From the NCBI GenBank assembly GCA_030141605.1, contig JAQGDQ010001724.1:1-27929 (forward strand): a stretch of DNA of 27,929 nucleotides. Direction: 5' to 3'. A program made the position numbers and the translations under genes. Shown here in pieces: positions 22,297 to 27,929 of the stretch; position 1 is the first letter of the stretch; each line of letters opens with the position of its first letter. The notes under the pieces are model-generated. The model saw nothing but the letters and a program-made list of their open reading frames with translations, made no database searches and had not been told where the DNA came from. Source of the stretch: Tubiluchus corallicola. Taxonomy: Eukaryota > Animalia > Priapulida.

Positions 22297-22476
22297 AAGG
22301 TTAAGTCCGATAACAGCAGATCACTTTATCTTATTTACCGAAAAAATCTACCTGAGAATGTGAAGTAGTATCTTCCCTATACATGAAAGGTTAAGTCCGT
22401 AAACAGCAGATCACTTTATCTTATTTACCGAAAAAATCTACCTGAGAATGTGAAGTAGTATCTCCCCTATACATGA
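22297..22476. repeat. 90-bp direct tandem duplication (2 copies)
   Basis: AAGGTTAAGTCCG...CCCTATACATGA at 22297-22386 and 22387-22476, about 3 differences. Confidence 0.9.
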
Positions 22477-23364
22477 CTTTAGTTGATTTTTAACCCGACC
22501 ACATGCTCATACAATTACGTTTACTATCACTACACCATTAATTTTTCAGATTGTTTTACTAATCTAGACAGTTTTAATAATCTACGCTACCACGTCATTC
22601 ATTGAAAATCTTTTATTTACAGTGATAAAAGGATTAATGTCTAATGCTACTAAAAAGGTTCTTAGGCTGCTATTGTTGATTTCTGACGAAATTTTAAACA
22701 AGGCGCAAGTAACAACCCTAACTGTGACTATACTAGTAAATAAAAGTAGTATTAGTATTAAATTTTGATTTTACTAACTACTAAGTTTCACTAAGAGCCT
22801 CAAGTTAGCTAAAAGGTACTGAAACCAGTTACTAATATTTTATTGACATAAAGCTTTGGCTTTACCTACCAATTAAATGACAGTTATAAGTCCCTCACAA
22901 CTCAAGGCACACGTGAAACTGATCCACTTTCATAATTTCCATCACTACCACACTTCAGTTCCACATTGGTTATACTGAGCAATACGGGGCAGCTTTAAAA
23001 AACAGACAGGAACAACAAAAATAATTTTTAGTGACCTTAACGACATGACCGTCGGAAAAAGAATATTTAACCCACTGATCCGCCGCACGAGGGTGGAAAT
23101 TTAATAGAGCGCACTTATATTTGTACTTGCAAAATCATAGAATAAACTTGATGCGCATGATTAAAAAATCTCCACAATAAAAAAGAAGATACAACACTTC
23201 AATTCAGTTGTCAGGTAAGAAAAAAGCAAATAATCCTTTAGTTGGCCGGTAACATTACTATTTTTTGTTTTGTATTATTATTAACGTATTCGATGAGAAA
23301 CCATAGATAGTATCGTGTGAGAAAGAGGAAATCATGAAAACAAACACAAGAAGAAAACACTATA

Positions 23365-23370
23365 TTTATT
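23365..23370 (-). promoter_or_regulatory. candidate polyadenylation signal (AATAAA) for ABCF1
   Basis: TTTATT on the plus strand, followed on the minus strand by a GT/T-rich tract (GTGTTTTCTTCTTGTGTTTGTTTT); would give a ~1.4-kb 3'UTR. Confidence 0.35.
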
Positions 23371-24723
23371 TACTAACACTAACAGCAGTAATCACAAGTT
23401 TGCAACACATTTGAAAAAAACACAAAAGGTCTCGACAGCAATTAATGTACTGAGATATGTAAGAACACAAGAAGCAACTTCTAGTAGAAAGTCCCTGACA
23501 TTGTACAACATGATTAATGCTTCAAATTTGTCATCATAGTTTCTCTTTCTACAGTTTGACAATTCTGGAAGTCAGTATCTAGCATTCAAAGGCAAAGCAT
23601 ATTTAATTATATAAATAGTTGTGGCAGAACTGGAATTCAGAGAAATAACAAGATAGTCCATTAAGTCGAAATGGAAAACAAGCAATTAAAGGTTTCGTAA
23701 CTATTAGCAATTGTACATTCGTCCTCCACAAAACGGTTCAACCCCTGGTAGATTTCAAACATTTTTGGCTTATTTAATTCAAGTTAATTGGTGATTTAAA
23801 TTAATACACAAAGTGTATGCAAAAACTAAATTCTTTCCTAAGGTAAATACTATATAAATGCATTTATAGTATTTACAAAAATAATGCCATGAACTAATTA
23901 CAAAAAATAACTTTCTGTGAAAGTAAAATAACATCTGCGCGCCAAATTTTAGTTTTTACTCAAACATTGCAGTTAAACAATGTTACTCAAACAAACAGCT
24001 AAATTACAAGTGTGTGTATTAATTAGTACAAAGTTGCAATCTTCGGTATTGTTATGCAGTATGCACTCAGTTGATAGCCTTTTGAAGTTGGAACACGAAC
24101 TACTGAAAAAATGAAACTACTACAACTGCAGGAAGTACTGAGCAAATATCACTGAAGAGTTTGCTAGACATATTACTGGACGTCCTTAGGTATATTAATG
24201 TAACTTGTGTTAAATATGCACACCGCAAGCCTATTTGTAACTACATGTAGTTAAATTTTCATTTGAAAAAGTGATAGCATCACCAAGACAATTAAAATGA
24301 AAATGGTCAATACCATTTCACGTTTTACTTATAATTGGTTCTGACCAGTAGGAAATGATACACTTTTTAAAAAAAAACCAATAACCTTTTTCATATGGCA
24401 AATGTATTTAATTTTGTCTAAATTTAATTTCACAACAAGCATGATATACAGTGGTGAAATGAACAATTGTCTGATCTTAAACATGCCAATTGTAGTACCT
24501 TGAATGCAATCGAAATGCTAGTCGGAATAGAATATGTTGTAATGTAGTGAAAAGAAAAAGATTGCACAGATTGTTGGTAGATTCTGAGTGTAAATGAAAG
24601 TTTGTTTATCGATTTTGTACGAAAGTGAGAAATTAAATCACAACATCAAAAATACATTTACAGCACTATTATAAATATATCTCAAGATTTCCAAAAACAA
24701 TTTACTAAATAACATTTTGCTCA

Positions 24724-26736
24724 TCATTGCTTACTTGCAGCTGCTACACCTGCAATTGTTTCACCCAAAGTTTCCAAAATTTCTTTGCGATACTCATCAA
24801 AATCACCATCAATTTCCTCAACTGACTGATCTTCTACAATCCATAGCTGACAGTCAGTTTCACGTATCATTCTCTCATCATGCGACACGATCACAACGCC
24901 TCCTTCAAAATTATTGATAGCATCCGAGAGGGCATCAATGGACTCCAAATCCAGATTGTTTGTCGGTTCGTCCAGAATAAGAACATCAGGAGCACGGAGG
25001 GCAAGCTCAGCCAATGCTACTCTTGCTTTCTGTCCACCAGAGAGATCACGATTCTTGATCGTGTGAGCATGACCGGCCAAACCTTGACTACCCAGACATT
25101 TGCGGGCACTTTGATAATCGAGATTAAACAATCTTCTAAGATACTCCACTGGTGACTCATCTAAAGTGAGATGCTCACCAGAATGCTGATCAAATTTTCC
25201 TATTCTCAGTCGATGATTTTGCCTTTGTTCGCCACTGTCGGGTTGTAGTTTCCCAGTAAGCAATTTCAAAAGCGTACTTTTACCTACTCCATTTGGTCCG
25301 ACAATGGCGATCCTGCTAGACATGTCAATTCCAAAATCTACATCAATGAATAGCGGTTTCTGTCCCGGATAGCCAAAATTTACAGAATGAAGTCCTAGAA
25401 TTGGCGGCTGCAGTGGTGGTGGTTGTGGGAATCTGAATTTTACAATATACTCCTTTGGTCGTTGAAGTAGTTCAACTGGACCTGTGTCTTCCTCAGCTTG
25501 AACTTGTTGCTTAGTTTTGTTCTTTTCCTGCTTTTTAGTTAGCGCTTGTTTGGCAACCTTTTCTGCTGCTTTGCCAGACTTTCCAGAAGATTTCATTTCT
25601 TTAATTCGTTTCTCCTGTTTTTCGTACTCTTTCAGTTGCTCCTTCCTTTTCTGTAAAAGCATCTTCTTAAACTGGGAGTAATTTCCTCTATAATAAAATA
25701 ATTTCTGTTGATCAAGATGGATGATATCTGTGCAAACATTGTCCAAAAAACTTTGATCGTGGGAAACTACAAGCAGTGTCTTTTTCCATTGTTGTAAATA
25801 ATTATCTAGCCAAATAACAGCATTTAAATCTAGATGGTTAGTAGGTTCATCTAACATCAACAAAGTCGGTTCTACGAACAATGCCCTTGCTAAAGACACA
25901 CGCATTCTCCACCCACCAGAGAACTGATTTGTTGCACGGCTTTGCATTTCAGTACTAAAACCTAAACCAGCAAGAATTCGTCGAGCTCGAGGCTCAGCTG
26001 AATGAGCTCCAATGGCTTCTAGCTCCTCATAAACCTCCTGAAGGCGCTCAGAACTATCGCTGCTTCCTTTCTCAGCTAGAGCCATTAATTTTTTCTCTTC
26101 CTCTAGCAAGTCTAACCGTTTGGTATCGGCCTTTAAAACTGCATCAATAGCTGGAGTTTCATCTGCTTCGACCTCCTGTTCACAAAGCAACACATCGATG
26201 TTCTCAGGTATATTCAGTGATCGATTAGCAATGTGCACTAGCAAAGTTGTCTTTCCATGTCCGTTAGGACCCACCAATCCATAACGCCTCCCTTTTGTAA
26301 TTGCAAGGTTAGCATTAACAAAAAGATCCTTTCCTCTGGCTGCAATTGAAAAACTATCAATTTTTATGTCAACTGCACTATCCTGAATTTGTTTGTTAGC
26401 AGATTTAACTTGTTGGGATAAAGAAAACTGCCCACCATCTGTACCACCTTTCAAAGCCTCCATTTGCCTTTGAAATTCCATCTGCTTTTGTAACTTCTTA
26501 CGTTCTTTTCGACTCATTATTGGCTCCTTCTGGCTTTCACTGTCGTCATTCGTACTTTCGGCTGTTGAATTAACAGTGCCTTTACTTGCGTCATCAACAT
26601 TACTATCACTGTCTACATCAGCATCGTCTTCACCGCCACCACTACCATCGTCCTTTATGTCTAATTGTTGCATTGCTTCAGTAGCAAGTTCTTCTTTCTT
26701 TGAAGATACCTTCTTTGCTTTAGATTTCTTAGGCAT
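24724..26736 (-). CDS. ABCF1: ATP-binding cassette subfamily F member 1 (ABC50), single-exon CDS, 670 aa
   Basis: Two NBDs and no transmembrane segments: GPNGHGKT / FSGGW / [12 protein letters not shown] and GPNGVGKST / LSGGQ / [11 protein letters not shown]. Lys/acidic N-terminus; [18 protein letters not shown] is typical of ABCF1 as recalled. Confidence 0.96.
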   Translation of the reverse strand: MPKKSKAKKVSSKKEELATEAMQQLDIKDDGSGGGEDDADVDSDSNVDDASKGTVNSTAESTNDDSESQKEPIMSRKERKKLQKQMEFQRQMEALKGGTDGGQFSLSQQVKSANKQIQDSAVDIKIDSFSIAARGKDLFVNANLAITKGRRYGLVGPNGHGKTTLLVHIANRSLNIPENIDVLLCEQEVEADETPAIDAVLKADTKRLDLLEEEKKLMALAEKGSSDSSERLQEVYEELEAIGAHSAEPRARRILAGLGFSTEMQSRATNQFSGGWRMRVSLARALFVEPTLLMLDEPTNHLDLNAVIWLDNYLQQWKKTLLVVSHDQSFLDNVCTDIIHLDQQKLFYYRGNYSQFKKMLLQKRKEQLKEYEKQEKRIKEMKSSGKSGKAAEKVAKQALTKKQEKNKTKQQVQAEEDTGPVELLQRPKEYIVKFRFPQPPPLQPPILGLHSVNFGYPGQKPLFIDVDFGIDMSSRIAIVGPNGVGKSTLLKLLTGKLQPDSGEQRQNHRLRIGKFDQHSGEHLTLDESPVEYLRRLFNLDYQSARKCLGSQGLAGHAHTIKNRDLSGGQKARVALAELALRAPDVLILDEPTNNLDLESIDALSDAINNFEGGVVIVSHDERMIRETDCQLWIVEDQSVEEIDGDFDEYRKEILETLGETIAGVAAASKQ

Positions 26737-27929
26737 ATTTATAAGATTTCAGAGTAAAACAACAACTTTTAAGAACGTAGCATACGCCGACCAAAATTTC
26801 GCAATTTTCGACGTGTGTGAATAAGCAATATGACAACTCTTGTAAATTTTGAAGCAGAGCTGTAGTGACACGTTGGCGTGACTGTGTCATAGATATGGAA
26901 GAATAGTACGGGCCAACGGCTAGTCGGTTACTACGGCGGCTAGCGAACTCTGTCATTGCCAGCAAATTAACTGATCGAAATGTTTAAATTCAAGGCACTT
27001 AAAACTTTACAAAGTGCAGGCAAATGTTTGTAAACTTAAGCGAGTTCCTGTCCAAGAAACCTCTGGATAAATTATAAAAGTTTTGGACGGCTCGCTATCC
27101 GCTCTCCTTTTGACTTATTACTAGCAATTCAGCTTTATTTACCTGTATACTATTCATCAATTGCACCCTTATAGACTAGAAGTGGTTACTGTACATTTGT
27201 AAATTGGATAAAAATAAATAAATTTCAATTTCAGGTATGCTGTACTGTTTAGCGTATTGGCATTTTTAGCTTTTTATAAAGGGAACTATAAGTTTTTTCT
27301 GCACTGTACTCGTTTTTCGGAACCACTTGTTTCACTCAACATTTCTCACCTATTTTTTTTTTACTGTAAAGTGCTTCTAGCGTGTTATAAGTTTGTAGGC
27401 CTATATACAAACAATAAAGGAAACCAACTCTTAAACCACAATCATCGTGTAAGGCAAATCCAGACATTATAAATCTTGTAAATCACTTTTGACCTTAAAC
27501 AAAATACTAAGTCACTGACTACCAACTAGTTTGTCTACCACATGGTATTACAGATTGTCCACTTCTGTTTTCTTTTTTGGATTGCATATGCACGACTTTT
27601 AGCAATGAAATGATCGGTGAAAAGTTCATTGATTTCTTCACTAAAATCTACAACAACTGCATACCTAGTTAGAAACGTAAACATCGGCAGCAAAAAGAAA
27701 AAACAATTAAATTTCAAAACATTTTGCAGTTCTGTACAAGTGATCATTAACCTCCATTACTGTTGCGATGGCTAAACTAACCAGCATGACCTTAAGCCAC
27801 ATACTCAAGGTCATCAACTGCTCCAAAAGATTAATACCTGCTCATTTATATTACAAACAGTTACATTTTTGCGCTACACTCATCAATATGTACTACACAA
27901 TTTCTTATGACTATTCAAAAATGAGGAAC

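Noticed and set aside
24717-26965. Short ORFs overlapping or just upstream of ABCF1
   Set aside because: Antisense or alternate-frame shadows of the real CDS with no independent support.

Overview
Eukaryotic (animal, probably invertebrate) AT-rich genomic DNA with GT-AG introns; not prokaryotic. Three protein-coding loci are supported. (1) Four internal exons of NCKAP1/Nap1/Hem (WAVE regulatory complex) lie on the minus strand at 781-8453, with introns filled by tandem arrays of 38, 33, 31 and 85 bp. (2) The 5' part of VWA8 (AAA+ ATPase) has nine phase-consistent minus-strand exons at 21795-14093, but its next two exons are on the PLUS strand (10546-10665, 12385-12519), inside a segment bracketed by a 779-bp inverted duplication (9668-10446 / 12923-13701). 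(3) An intronless ABCF1 lies at 24724-26736 (minus). The most striking observations are: two tandem arrays built from the exon-end plus 5' splice-site junction, one of which gives 22 in-frame, stop-free candidate donors; the inverted VWA8 exon pair (real inversion or mis-assembly); and the abutting of a 3'-truncated VWA8 with a 5'-truncated NCKAP1. Also present are a hAT-type MITE with an 8-bp TSD at the centre of a palindrome, perfect hairpins and other repeat remnants. Gene identities rest on my recall of family sequences, not on a database search.
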